Shown here: piece after piece, positions 63,327 through 64,000 of the stretch
Position numbering within the stretch: position 1 is the first letter of the stretch
How the letters are laid out: each line of letters starts with the position of its first letter
DNA from: an uncultured Chloroflexia bacterium
GTDB taxonomy: Bacteria > Chloroflexota > Dehalococcoidia > DSTF01 > JALHUB01
Length of the DNA: 64,000 nt
Direction of reading: 5' to 3'
Assembly: GCA_963703345.1 (NCBI GenBank)
Contig: OY969814.1
Span: 1,152,001 to 1,216,000, forward strand
The notes under the pieces: model-generated
What the model saw: the letters and a program-made list of their open reading frames with translations, nothing else
Told to the model about the DNA's origin: nothing
Database searches by the model: none
Translations under genes and position numbers: made by a program

Positions 63327-63644
63327 CTACAACTGCGGTTGCGGTTGCTGATTGTCGGAGCCGTGCGTCATGTAGCAATCGCGACAATAGACCGGCCTTC
63401 CCTCTTTCGGCTGGAAGGGCACTGTCGTCTCCTTGCCGCAGGAGGCGCAGACCGCGGGGAACATCTCCCGCGTTCGCACGGAGCTGCCGCCCGCCGCCCG
63501 CTCACTCCGCCGCGCCGCTCGACAGGACGGGCAACGTTTCGGCTCGGTGTACGACCTGCTGGCGAAGAACTCCTGCTCCTCCGCTGAAAAGACGAACTCC
63601 GAACCACAACCTTGACAAGTGAGAATCTTCTCTTCGAATGGCAC
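63327..63644 (-). CDS. Zinc-ribbon / CxxC-x17-CxxC domain protein
   Basis: CQGCG.EFVFSAEEQEFF..PKRCPSC; REMFPAVCASCG..VPFQP..RPVYCRDC. Confidence 0.92.
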   Translation of the reverse strand: MPFEEKILTCQGCGSEFVFSAEEQEFFASRSYTEPKRCPSCRAARRSERAAGGSSVRTREMFPAVCASCGKETTVPFQPKEGRPVYCRDCYMTHGSDNQQPQPQL

Positions 63645-63740
63645 GATGACCTCCTTGAAAAAGCCGGCGCGGCTCGGTCATCGGCCTGCCTCGACGAGGC
63701 GCCGAGGCCAAACAGCAGTACCGGATGTTTAGACCCCGAC

Positions 63741-63769
63741 AGACTAGAACATGCAGAAAGATATTGCAA
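63741..63769 (-). promoter_or_regulatory. Sigma70-type promoter of the zinc-ribbon gene
   Basis: TTGCAA-17bp-TAGTCT. Confidence 0.6.
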
Positions 63770-63821
63770 GTACTTTCCCCAAAGGAATTGAGCGCCGAAT
63801 CCGCGTCTGCCCGAGTTTCGG

Positions 63822-63998
63822 TTACTGCAACTTCTTGTGCAATGTCGCTGAGAGGACTTCACTATAGAGAGGGTCGCGGGGGAAGTAGACCACGGCGTCC
63901 AGTGCCGGCAGGCCCTGCGGCAGCGAGCGGTCGGCCAGGTAGCGGCCCCACTTCTCCCAGGCGCTCGCGTCGAACATCTCGCGCACAACCTGGGACGA
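63822..63998 (-). CDS. C-terminal fragment of an unidentified protein entering from the right edge
   Basis: Open frame SSQVVREMFDASAWEKWGRYLADRSLPQGLPALDAVVYFPRDPLYSEVLSATLHKKLQ* with GC3-rich codons. Confidence 0.6.
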   Translation of the reverse strand, partial: SSQVVREMFDASAWEKWGRYLADRSLPQGLPALDAVVYFPRDPLYSEVLSATLHKKLQ

Positions 63999-64000
63999 GG

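Overview
High-GC bacterial chromosomal window. The gene content suggests Chloroflexota, probably Dehalococcoidia (inference). The left half is mostly housekeeping: sucCD, tRNA-Ser, csrA-like, serS, lysS, two GreA-family genes, htrA, rsmD, coaD, leuS, tRNA-Ala, rsmG, citrate synthase, TetR/MFS, nadE and nagA. The middle is a surface-glycan region: wecA-like, GT2/GT4, rmlA/B/D, a 3x GT4 + 2x methyltransferase cluster and gmd. It is interrupted by lower-GC accessory genes (DUF3800-like, a DNA methyltransferase-Mrr fusion) and also carries a GH25-like hydrolase. The right part encodes two large secreted proteins and an acyl-CoA/2-oxoacid catabolic set (ECH, LarA-like, FrhB-like, iorAB, two class III CoA-transferases, PaaI). 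The most unusual signals are: (1) a dispersed ~540-bp element made of two covarying hairpins, a conserved (GGGN)4 G-quadruplex motif, a small GAPKGNxNA protein and a palindromic end, plus ORF-less partial copies; (2) a GreA pair in which the greA-lysS copy has lost its acidic tip and has a leader terminator, while an N-terminally extended copy keeps the tip; (3) three genes that appear to start at ATC, ATT or ACG; (4) a second, modular REP-like repeat family and an in-frame palindrome inside leuS; (5) a candidate VGGIAE-TM-WYARRR C-terminal sorting signal. No CRISPR array, rRNA, integrase or transposase was recognised. All calls are from reading the sequence; no searches were run.
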